Positions 38,694 to 64,000 of a stretch of 64,000 nucleotides of DNA are shown here, one piece after another. Under the pieces are notes generated by a model that did no database searches, had not been told where the DNA came from, and worked only from the letters and a program-made list of their open reading frames with translations. A program made the position numbers and the translations under genes. Numbering within the stretch: position 1 is the first letter of the stretch; the number at the start of each line of letters is the position of its first letter. The stretch comes from the human T2T-CHM13v2.0 reference genome, Homo sapiens, in NCBI RefSeq assembly GCF_009914755.1, contig NC_060936.1; one strand, written 5' to 3'.

Positions 38694-38862
38694 CTGCAAA
38701 GGGAAGGTGTAATCTGCCATGTTAAAGACACTGTGCACCAACTTCTTCATTTCTTTCTCCACGATCTCCTCTTTCACTTCTGCTGTCCTTTTCACCTTGC
38801 TGTGCACAGAACTGATGACAGGCTCTTTCCACTGGTACAGCTTGCCACTCACCAGAGCAAAG
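38694..38862 (-). pseudogene. Duplicated P2RX7 exon 2 (open frame, intact splice sites)
   Basis: catttag|C TTT GCT...TTG CAG|gtgaac; 169 nt; FALVSGKLYQWKEPVISSVHSKVKRTAEVKEEIVEKEMKKLVHSVFNMADYTFPLQ versus recalled human P2X7 43-98 FALVSDKLYQRKEPVISSVHTKVKGIAEVKEEIVENGVKKLVHSVFDTADYTFPLQ (46/56 identical). Confidence 0.93.
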
Positions 38863-39131
38863 CTAAATGGCAGGCACAGGAAAGCATCAATGGGAGGCAT
38901 AGCACAGTGGGGTGGGAGGCAGGCTCTGCAGGCCACTTCCGTTCCAATCCTAGCTCGGCTGCATGACTTGCTTCCGTGTGACTCGTTTTCCCTCTCTGCA
39001 CAATGGGAAGCATAATCATACCTGCCTCATGAATTGTGAGGATCAAATGATATATGTCTGCAAACTCCTTTGCCCAGTATCTGGCACATACTGAGCACTC
39101 GCTATAGGAAAGCTGCTGCCCCCAATCTCAT

Positions 39132-43216
<4,085 letters not shown>

Positions 43217-43226
43217 TAAATAGAAT

Positions 43227-43799
<573 letters not shown>

Positions 43800-44358
43800 T
43801 CAAAGAAAAAAAAGAGGGAATGAAATCCAGTTTGCACACTTTACCTGTAGGAGGGGAATACTGTGATCACGAAACTGAGTTTGTGATGTCCTCCCTTTGG
43901 AAAGAAAGTACTAATGACCATCCCAGAAATACTATCCCGACCTTGCTTGGTGACTAAGGCAAGCCATGTCACCCTTCCAGGTGTTAGGTTTAATCCCTGA
44001 ATGAAGAGAGAACTCTCAGCCTCCCTAACCCCAATGACCTTTTTGCTCTAAGAGGCTATAATTTTATGCATTCTACAGAAGGCAAAGCTGCTGGTGCCTG
44101 GAGCTAACAGGGGTGTGAAGAAGCTGAGGATTTTACTGGGCCGGGGAGGATGGGTAAATTTTGGGGGTGTGGTGGTGCATGCCTATAGTCACAGCTACTC
44201 ATTAGGTGGAGGTGGGAGGATTCCTTGAGCCCAGGAGTTCAAGACCAGCCTGGGCAACACAGTAAGACTCCAGTCTCTTAAAAAGAAGAAGAAAAAGAGG
44301 AAAGCTGGAAAGAGTCTGGGAGGTAGAAGAGAGCTAATGGGAGAGAAGTTAGGGCCAT

Positions 44359-44676
44359 TGATATGGTTTGGCTGTGTCCCCACCCAAATCTCATCTTGAA
44401 TTGTAGCTCCCATAATTCCCACATGTTGTAGGAGGGACCTGGTGGGAGATAGTGACTAAGTCTTATGAGATCTGATGGTTTTATAAGAGGTTTCCCCTTT
44501 TGCTTGGCTCTTAGTCACTTGTTGCCTGCCACCACGTAAGACGTACTTTTCACTTTCCACCATGATTGTGAGGCCTTCCCAGCCATGTGGAACTGTGAGT
44601 CCATTAAACCTCTTTTCTTTGTAAATTACCTAGTCTCGAATATGTCTTTATTAGCAGCATGAGAACAGACAAATAC
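44359..44676. mobile_element. THE1-type MaLR solo LTR
   Basis: tgatatggtttggctgtgtccccacccaaatctcatcttgaattgtag...gaacagacaaataca. Confidence 0.85.
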
Positions 44677-44797
44677 ATCCATCAAGGGGCACTCACAGGC
44701 AAGTCTGGATGAGGAGGAGCCCTGGAGTGGCAGGGAAATAAGGATGGAGGGTGAGGTTGAGCCCATGGAACCCTCAGGCTGCTTGTGCTGGACTCAC

Positions 44798-44922
44798 CAG
44801 ATGGAGACGAAGGTGTCCACCATAAAGTTGTTCTTCAGAGTCCCAATCCACATGCTCTGAATATAAGTGACTTTCGCAGACTTACCTTGGCATTGCAGGT
44901 AGGATGGGCCCCATGCCAGCAT
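44798..44922 (-). pseudogene. P2X7 exon-1 paralogue / P2X7(K)-like alternative first exon inside the duplicated intron 1
   Basis: accATG CTG...ATC TG|gtgagt; 125 nt; MLAWGPSYLQCQGKSAKVTYIQSMWIGTLKNNFMVDTFVSI(C) aligns without gaps to P2X7 exon 1 (KVTRIQSMNYGTIK). Confidence 0.72.
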
Positions 44923-44993
44923 GGTTAGATTGTTCTTCAAGCTCTGCAGGGAGGATGTGCCTTTCAGCAAAGTTCCTCTCCCCCTTACAGCTC
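44886..44993 (-). CDS. C12orf76: Internal exon of the legacy 135-aa C12orf76 ORF; overlaps the K-like exon in another frame
   Basis: accttag|G AGC TGT...CCA AG|gtaagt; SCKGERNFAERHILPAELEEQSNHAGMGPILPAMPS. Confidence 0.35.
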
Positions 44994-45471
44994 CTAAGGT
45001 TCCAGAGCAAAAGTAACACCAAAGGGCTGAGCCTCCAAAGTGAACTGCCCTCATATCCCTTACCTCATGACTAACCCAGGGCCAACAGACATCTTCATGG
45101 ACCCCTAAAGAACAGTGGCGCCGGGCACTGTGCCTGCAGTGCGGCACGGAGAAGCTGAGCATGCAGCCTCTGCTTCTCTTTTTTAAAATCCCAAGAGGAG
45201 AATCTAATCAAGTCCATCCCTGGTCCTCTAGGCCATGGTGGGGGCTCAGCAAGGGTTGAGGACCCAAGAGATGCTCTGAGAAGAAAATGGGGGAGAGCCA
45301 GCACCCCCAAGGCAAGTTAAATCCCAATTATATTAGTTTCTGTAACAAATTACCACTAACTTAGTGGCTTTCAACAACACTAATGTATTCCTTTCCACTT
45401 TTGGGGGTTAGATTCCTAAAGTCAGTCTAACAGGGTAAAAATCAAGGGCTAAAAAGAAAAAATATAAATTA

Positions 45472-46442
<971 letters not shown>

Positions 46443-46685
46443 TCAAGCTAAGAGGTACATTGTGATAATTTGCCAGTCAGTCTCTGGGATAGATATTTAA
46501 CTGTAACTTTTGTTCAATTTTCCCAATTATAAACAATTTTTGGTAACCCTAATATGTCCTTACCATGTGCCAACCACTCTTCTAAGTCTATTTTGCTGAC
46601 ATATATTAACTTTTGCAATTCTTACTCCCCCCCACCAAAAAAATGAAAACAAAAACCAACTCTATAAGGAAGGTGCTAGTATTAC

Positions 46686-46861
46686 CTCCACCTAATAGCC
46701 GAACAAACTGTGGTATGAATGAAGCGAGAAGCTTGTCCAAGGTCACATGGTAAACAGCAGCGCCAGCTCTGAACGCAGCCATCTGGCTCCACAGCCTCAG
46801 CTCTCTTAAATGCTATGGTAAATGGAATTATTTTTCCAATTTCCTTTTCAAATGTTCCTTG
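46686..46861 (-). CDS. C12orf76: Internal exon of the legacy 135-aa C12orf76 ORF (L1/MIR-derived)
   Basis: ttttacaccag|CAA GGA ACA...TGG AG|gtaat; QGTFEKEIGKIIPFTIAFKR...AIRWR. Confidence 0.35.
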
Positions 46862-47754
46862 CTGGTGTAAAAAAAAATGCACACACACAATTAATTTTTG
46901 TGTGTTGATCTTGTTCCTTGCGACTTTACTGAATTGGTTAATTAGCTCTATCTAATAGTTTTCTTGTGAATTCTTCGGGATTCTCCATATATGGGATTGT
47001 GCCATCTGTGATTAAAGATAGTTTTACTTCATTCTTTGCCATCTGGATGCCTTTTATTGCTTTTCTTGTCTAATTGCTCTGGCTAGAACTTCCAGTACAA
47101 TGTTGAACAGCAGCGGTGAAAGCGGGCATCCTCGTCCTGTTCCTGATCTCAGGAAGAATGCACTCAGGCTATGCTCCTAACAACTGTGCTCACTGTCTGT
47201 CCACCCCACATTCATGTTGCCAGAAATCCCTGCACAAGCTTCTTCACACACCTAAGGCATTAAGTCTATACAGGACTTCTGGGTCAAAGGGTGTGCACAT
47301 TTTCTATCTGAGTTTATTTTCCTAAATCATAAATGCTTGAACCATTTCATGCTTCCATCACCAAAGCAAGAGTGTGTACACTGCCTCTTAAGAGGGGCTT
47401 GACAAACAAGCGGTGTGAACTTGGTTGAGACAGTTGAGGGTCTGGTCGCCAGGCTGAGAGCACATGGCCTGTAGGATGGAGGCTGTGAGTTTGAAGAAGA
47501 GGAGAGACATAGTAGCAGTGTGCAGCCATTTGAAGAGGGACACAAGGCAAAACTAAGCAAAGGTGAAAGTTACAGGGGGAAAGATTTTGGCTCATTTTCT
47601 CAGGAAGAAAAGTGACAGGGCAGTCCCAGAGCAGAACAAGCTTTCCTTGTGGTTACTGCTGGTGATGGTGAGGAAGATGATGAAGATAATTTTCATTTAC
47701 CACATCAACTTCCCTTTCTCTCCTGTCCCCTTTCCATCTGCACTTAACATCATT

Positions 47755-54408
<6,654 letters not shown>

Positions 54409-55631
54409 TCGGGAGCAGAGGGGCCACGCTTGAGTTGGATTTGCTCCTCCTGGTGTCTGGTGCCTCCCCGACCTCCGTGCTGGGCTCACTTCTATTCAGC
54501 TGGAGGAGGCCCAGACCCACAGGTGTGTGGCCACCCACTGGGAAATAGGTGTCCAGCCAGGAGCTCCATTTTAATAGCCACGAACTGGTACAGCAACACC
54601 ATCTCCATGGCGACGGCCAGCCTGGGACCACGAATGAGAACACAGGCTCACTATTGGCCCCAGTGGAGGCTAACTGGGCAGAGGAGAAGCAGCACCTGTG
54701 AGTGGAGTTTGTTCTCCTGTCCCTCTCTCAACCTTCCCTAGTCTGTGGCCATTGGAAAAGCTTCTGTGAGGACTGTTCTCCAGGGAAGAGGGAAATCTTC
54801 CCAAGAGAATGCAACCATCTTTTATTCCTTTGCTTACAATCTTCCCATGGCTTCTCAACTCACTCGGAATAAAATCTAAAGAATTCTCCTAGGTGGTGCC
54901 ATCGTAAGCGGCTTGGTTTAAGCAATAGCTTGGTGGTCACAGAAAACAAATAGTAGTTAAGTACCAAGGTGAGCTGGCAGCCTCTGTGGGCCAAGTCGCA
55001 CATCCCAAATGAGCAGGTCTTCTGGTGGGACTGAGGAAGGAACCAAGGTAAGAATAGGAGCTCAACAATTACCTAGATAGAGTCTCCACAGCCCAGACAA
55101 GCCAGGACTAGAGAAGTAGACTTCAGAAATCCCTGGAATTTCTGGCTTTTGGGAAGACCTTGTAACAGATCACTGTATTTTGTCTGCCTACCCTCCTCAC
55201 TTCCTTTTCCCATTTTGTCTGGTAACAGGATCTTCCTTCCTAAGGAAAATCCACTGGATGTGGTTCAGTAGGGCTCACACTGCTCCGTCATCTTCTCGAA
55301 CTCCAGACCTCAGGTGATCCACCCACCTCGGCCTCTCAAAGTATTGGGATTACAGGGGTGAGCCACTGCACCCGGCCGGCTCAGTCATCTTCTCCCTATT
55401 TCCTGCCACAGGAACCAGCACATGACCCAGACTGGCCAATGGGATGACACCTTGGCCCAGGCGGTGATTGGTTCAGGGATGGATATGTAATTCACACCCA
55501 ACCAATCAGAGTCTTTCCCGGGACTTTCCTAACAGAGCATCAGGAAAGACTTGTTGGCTCCTCTGAGGTTGCTAAGAAGAGAATGTAAGGATTTCATGCT
55601 ACATAGAGAGCTGTTCAAGAAGGAAGCCAAA

Positions 55632-55906
<275 letters not shown>

Positions 55907-55910
<4 letters not shown>

Positions 55911-56031
55911 AAGAAGAAGAAGGAGAAGGAGAAGAGAAGAAGAAGAAGAAAGAAGAAGAAGAAGAAGAAGAAGAAGAAGAAGAAGAAGAAGAAGAAGAAG
56001 AAGAAGAAGAAGAAGAAGAAGAAGAAGAAGG
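55907..56031 (+). repeat. Polypurine tract containing uninterrupted (GAA)26 at 55952-56029
   Basis: Counted directly from the sequence. Confidence 0.95.
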
Positions 56032-56857
56032 CGGCCAAATAGAAGCAAATGGAACCAAGACGTAGGGAGAGAGAACCTACCTGATGACATAGTGTGAACC
56101 CTTATCTTCATCCATGTCCAAGGACAGCACAATCTCTTCAACTGCCCAGTTACATGATTCAATAAATTCCCCTTTGAGGCTTTGTGGTTAACGTAAGCTG
56201 GGTTTCTGTCACTTACTGCGCAAACAATCCTGGCTAACATAGACCTGCTTAGCATCCTATCTACATAAACCTGCAACGCTAACTCCTCTTGTAGCTGCAT
56301 CCCTGCCTCTGACTCCAGATCTGAACTTAGTTGTGAGAATAGAAGAAGCTGGACAGGTTCTTGTTTAATTTCCCCCATAACCAGTCCCCAGTTTCTATCC
56401 CAGTTTCAGTAACTGAGGCCCTGTCTCCTTATTCTGGCTCTTTATCCTTCCAGCCCCAGTAGGGACAGCTGGCCAAAACCTGCCACTTGCTACTGTAACC
56501 TGAACATTGCTCTAGCCTGTCTGGATTGCCACCTATGGTCCACACCAGTACTACTTGGTGCAAACTACTTCCGCCAATCCCTACACCCCATTGGTATACC
56601 CGCTACACAGATGGCTAAGTCATGGTTACATAAACTTAAGGCTTCACACTGCAACTTAAGGCAGCATTTCCCAAGCTGTGTACTGTGAGACTCCATTTGG
56701 TGAGATGATAGTAGATAGTCCATTAACAAAGAGGAAAAAAGCAAACTGGCAATAGTTTTTTCTTCAATTTTATATTTTAAAATATAAACTGTGGAGAAAC
56801 GTTTTACATGGAGGTTATCTTCTAAAGACGGCACTTCAGATAAAAATCATGGCTCAT

Positions 56858-58807
<1,950 letters not shown>

Positions 58808-59364
58808 TAGTAAAAATAGGAATCAAATAATGATAATCCTAATGATAGCATTATTAAAAATAAAAACTAACACTTAATAAGGGCTTGCTATGTGCCATAT
58901 ATTTCTTGAACAACTTTGCATTTATTAGTTCATTTAATATTCCTAACAATTCTCCCCATTTTACAGATGAGGAAACCAAGGCTCAAAGAGGTGAAGGATT
59001 TTAGAATCCACATTTCCAGATCTCAAATTCCAAACTTGGACATGGTTACTCTGAGGGTCAAAGGAGAGGATGTATATAAAAATACATACATGTATTTTGT
59101 ATACAAATATATATATATAATACATTCAAAAAGATTATTTTAAAAAATGGATTCCAGTTATGGAGCTCTTATTCTATGTCAATCATCATGATAAGGGCTC
59201 CTCATGCCTTTTTTTTTGTTTAATTGTCACAACCCTATGAACAGATGCAGAAACAGAGGCTCAGAGAAGTTAATGACTTGGCCAAGAAGACACAGCCAGT
59301 ATTATAAAATAAGTTGCCTTGACTCTTAGTAAACTACACTGCCACCCTCTATAAGTATAGGTTG

Positions 59365-59403
59365 TCATCATCATCATCATCATCAACATCATCATCATCA
59401 TCA
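59365..59403. repeat. (CAT)n microsatellite
   Basis: tcatcatcatc... with one interruption. Confidence 0.9.
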
Positions 59404-59419
59404 CAGAGAATAAGAGGCA

Positions 59420-60690
59420 GTCACTCCCAGGGAAATGCAAATCAGAACCACAATGAACTACCACTGCACACCCACAAGCATGGCTATAATTAAAAAGACA
59501 GACAATAACAAGAGTTGGTGAGGATGTGGAGAAACTGGACCCCTCATACTCTGCTGGTGGGAATGTAAAAGGGTGCAGCTGCTGTGAAATTCAGCTCCAC
59601 AGTTCCTCCAAGGGTGAAACATAGTTAACATATGACCCAGCAATTCCACTCTTAGGTACATATTCAAGGGAAATGAGAATATATATCCACATAAAACCTT
59701 GTTCGCAATGTTTATGGAAGCATTATTCATGATAGCCAAAAAAGAGAAACAACCAAAATGTCCATCAATGGATGAATGGATACATAAAAGTGTTCCATCC
59801 ATGCAATGGAATATTACTCAGCCATAAAAAGGAATGAAGTGTCAGCCAGGTATGGTGGCTCACGCCTGTAATCCTAATACTTCAGGAGGCTGAGGTGGGA
59901 GGATTGCATGAGTCCTGGAGTTTGAGACCAACCTGGGCAACATAGTGAGACCCCAAATCTAAAAAAAAAAAAAAAGTAATGAAGTATCAACATGTTACAA
60001 CAGCTACAACATGGATGAGCACCGAAAACATGCTAAGTGAAAAAAAGCCAGCCACAAAGGACCACATATTGTGTGAGTCCATTTACATGAAATGTCCAGA
60101 ATAGGTAAATCCATAGAGGCAGAAAGCAGATTCATGGGTGGGAAGGAGGGGGAATGGTGTTGGAAATGATGGCAAAGGAGTGTGGGTTTTTTTTGTTTTT
60201 TTTTTGAGTTGATGAAAATATTCTCAAATTGATTGTGGGGATGCTTGCACAACTCTGTGAATAATCTGAAAACCATTAAATTGTACCCTTAAATGGTGAA
60301 TTGCATGGTGTACTGTTTCTTTTAGAAAAAACAAAAACCAGCCAGACACGGTGGCTCACGCCTATAATCCCAGCACTTTGGAAGGCTGAGGCAGGTGGAT
60401 CACATGAGGTCAGGAGTTCTAGACCAGCCTGGCCAACATGGCGAAACCCCGTTTCTACTAAAAATACAAAAATTAGCTGGGCTTGGTGGCAGGCACCTGT
60501 AATCCCAGCTTACTTGGTGGCGGGGGAGGATAGCGTGTGGGCAGGTGGAGGCAGGCGAATCTCCTGAACCCAGGAGGCGGAGGTTGCAGTGAGCCAAGAT
60601 CACACTGTCACACTCCAGCCTGGGGTACAAGAGCGAGACTTCATCTCAAAAAAAAAAAAAGAAAAAAGAAAAGAAAAAGAAAAAAACAAA
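59420..60690 (+). mobile_element. L1M 3' end with an Alu monomer (59844-59975), followed by an Alu (60340-60690)
   Basis: ggatgtggagaaactggacccctcatac...gacccagcaattccactcttagg...ttactcagccataaaaaggaatgaa. Confidence 0.8.
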
Positions 60691-61120
60691 AGGCAGGTGT
60701 TGGTGACCTGAAGTTAAAATACATTTATAAACCTGGTCCTATTCTTCCCAAGCACGGTGACTCAAATGCCAGCCTGATCACCAGGAGTGCCCTGAGATCC
60801 TTGCCTCCTCCCTGGGAATCCAGGATGTTGCCCTGCGCTTTCCCACCTTCCCCAGGCACACCCTGCCCTGCTCTCCCTGGCGGGCCTGGAGTAGATCAGA
60901 AATGAATCCCGCTCGCCTTCCATGGCTTCTCTCTGCTGCAGCCTGGCACCATTTCCTCTTGCCTGATGCTGCTTCCTCCCTCCTGCCCGGTTTGCTGTGA
61001 AAGCACGTCCAAATTTGAAAACCATGTGAGATTCAGAATGTGCACCTGAAGCTGCCCCCTGGGGCTTTCTGTGCTGTCAACCACTGCAGAGATCTGGGGT
61101 CCTCCCTGCATCCCACTTAC

Positions 61121-61242
61121 CTAACATAGGAAAAGACGATCACGTGGAAGAACTTAATGGTGCCATAATTGATGCTTTGGATCCGGGCGACTTTGTTTGT
61201 CTCATACAGGAAAACATCACTGCAGCTGCAGCAGGCTGGCAC
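61121..61242 (-). pseudogene. Duplicated P2RX7 exon 1 coding part (start ATG>GTG, one codon deleted)
   Basis: ggaggctgtaaccGTG CCA GCC TGC TGC...GTT AG|gtaagt; VPACCSCSDVFLYETNKVARIQSINYGTIK-FFHVIVFSYV versus recalled MPACCSCSDVFQYETNKVTRIQSMNYGTIKWFFHVIIFSYV. Confidence 0.93.
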
Positions 61243-61420
61243 GGTTACAGCCTCCCTTCCTGCGCGGGGCTGGACCAGGGCTCAACTCTCCCAGATGGGG
61301 CCACAGCAAGCCCCCTCCCAGTAACTGCAAAATGAAACATACTGATTTTTAGCGGGAGCCTTTAACTTTGAGCTCTTCCAATGACTGTGGAGTGGGGGCG
61401 GGCCCTGGCAGTTGCCCCAG
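61243..61420 (-). promoter_or_regulatory. Duplicated P2RX7 5'UTR and proximal promoter with GC box
   Basis: Minus-strand tttcattttgcagttactgggagggggcttgctgtggccc matches the recalled P2RX7 5'UTR; GGGGGCGGGC at 61394-61403. Confidence 0.7.
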
Positions 61421-61777
61421 ATGTGACTTCGATAAACAAGAAGGGCCAAGTCCTAAGGGCCTGGTTGGCAGATGACCTCGCCCCAGCTGGCCTCCCCCAG
61501 ATGCCTACACAAAGATGGTATTCAGAGGATGGGCATTTTTAGAATTCTCCTTTTTTCCCCCTTTCCTTTCGCTTTTTTGGACTCATTTCTGTTGGGAAAA
61601 GGGGGCAGCCCTGCAAATGTCACAAGACCCAGAGCTTCGATTGTACCTCAGAAAAGGGCTGAGATCTTTCCATTGCCTCAAGCCCCACTCAGAGATTGAT
61701 TCATTCATTTCTACAACCCTTTATTCAGCCCCTGATATATAGGAGCTCTGGGTAAATAAAGGTCTCCCCTTCTTCTT

Positions 61778-61839
61778 CTACCAGCCCTTATAATATTCTG
61801 GTCTGTAGCTACCAGCCCTTATGATATTCTGGTCTGCAG
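61778..61839. repeat. Tandem duplication, 2 x 31 bp
   Basis: ctaccagcccttat(a/g)atattctggtctg(t/c)ag occurs twice. Confidence 0.85.
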
Positions 61840-62849
61840 TTGGTGGGGAAAATCAGATTTGCAGGAGTGGGGATGCTAGGGGTGGAGGGGTTTTATTTAT
61901 CTGCAGGATCTTTCTCGCTTGACCCTCTGAGTTACTCTCCACCCTGCTCTGTGCCCCGGAAGTTCAACCCATGACCTAGATCAATCAGCCCAAGATCACC
62001 AGGGACCAAGTGGCAGCCCAACAAAGCTAGGTTTATTGATCTATTCCATGAGGGACGCCACCCACCAGATGAGCCTCAGGACATCACCAAACAGTGGAAG
62101 ACAGCGATTTATTACAGGATTCCGAGGAAAGTGGAGTTTAGATAAAATCCAAATGAAGTCATGTTTTGATAGACTCAAAGCAAAGCAGGCTTGTACAAAG
62201 CAGTCAACCTCAAATCTGGATTGCAAAGGGGACCCAGGGCCCTGTTTTCTTGAAAGCAACAAAGCTAAGATAAATGTCAAATGTGTCCAGAAACTCTTTA
62301 TCTGAATCTCTGCTCCTAAGTTGTAAATTGAGGCTGCTTCTCCGTGTCAAGATGACTTAGATCCTCCAGGCAAAATTGGAATATTTCAATCTTAGTCACA
62401 TAATTTCAAACAGCAAACTTTCTGATGGTCTGTGATTTTAAAGGACAATGTTTCAGCAGTCACTCAAAGACAGGGGTGGGGTAATATTATAACTTTACAG
62501 CTACAAAGAAATATTGTTTCCTGTTATCTTTGCAGCTGACTTGATCCATTTCTGTTACTCCAGTCTGCTAAGTGGCCAGGTAGATTTTTACTTTTCCAGT
62601 CTGAGCTAATTTGTACATTCCCACCCACACTAACTGTATCAGGGTCCCCCCCTCCCAACCCCCCGCCCCCGACCCCTGGCTTCCAGTTCAGGAGACTGGA
62701 GAGCAGTGAGGATGGACGTGACTCCAGGCCCTACCCTTCTCAGTTCCATATAGGCGGGGCTTCTGGGCACTACTCCCTCCTTTAGTCCTGGGAGTGGTAA
62801 GGGTTCCCCACTCTTGCCAGCCCCAGGCAGCTCACTATCTCTTATTGCT

Positions 62850-63694
<845 letters not shown>

Positions 63695-64000
63695 TTACCT
63701 GCTCTGTGACCTTGGACAGCTCTGTTCATTTTATTCATTCACTTATTCATTCATTCATTCCCAAGAGCACCAGGAATAGTGGATATAGCAGCGGACAGGC
63801 AGACAAGTCAAATGTCCATCCACTGACAAATGAATCCACAAAAGGGTGTCTGTCCATAAAAGGGAATATTATTCATCCTTAAAAAGTAATGAAGCACTGA
63901 CCCATGCTTCAACATGGATGAGCCTTTAAAACATTACACTAAGTGAAATAAGCCAAATGCAAAAGGACACCTTTTTTTTTTTTTTTTTTTTTGAGATGGA

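Noticed and set aside
38694-38862. Processed P2RX7 retrocopy or a functional P2RX7 gene
   Set aside because: Exons keep intronic splice flanks and a 22 kb intron, so it is not a retrocopy. No exon 3 onward is found and exon 1 lacks its ATG, so it is not the functional gene.
44794-45162. 122-aa single-exon ORF as a stand-alone gene
   Set aside because: Only the last 42 codons are P2X7-like. The upstream 80 codons show no recognisable homology, and the stop lies inside the gtgagt donor.

Overview
Alu-dense human/primate genomic DNA. I recognise it from the translated exons as the ANKRD13A-C12orf76 region (12q24.11); this is from memory, with no database search. (1) Plus strand, 814-~27120: the last 13 coding exons of ANKRD13A. 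All junctions are GT-AG and phase-compatible, giving 1544 coding nt that end in four UIM motifs, followed by a ~1.9 kb 3'UTR. (2) Minus strand: a CpG-island gene with two coding exons (36192-36060, 30152-30067) encoding a 72-aa microprotein with a signal peptide and one TM helix (C12orf76 locus). (3) Minus strand, ~61400-38694: an unprocessed partial duplicate of P2RX7 comprising promoter/5'UTR, exon 1 (ATG>GTG), a ~22 kb intron 1 and an open 169-nt exon 2, cut off at a MER41 LTR. Inside that intron is an open, ATG-led 125-nt exon that aligns codon-for-codon with P2X7 exon 1 and resembles the rodent P2X7(K) alternative first exon; its donor is in phase with the exon 2 copy. The shared terminal exon at 30152 can therefore be entered in all three frames: the microprotein, an old 135-aa TE-mosaic ORF, or a truncated P2X7-like peptide. 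Also present: an LTR7 nested in an LTR14-like element, a two-piece templated insertion inside an Alu, a (GAA)26 tract, a 3x81-bp minisatellite and about 60 Alus. No rRNA, tRNA or CRISPR features. Nearly all ORF-track entries are Alu artefacts. Repeat boundaries and subfamilies were assigned by eye and are approximate.
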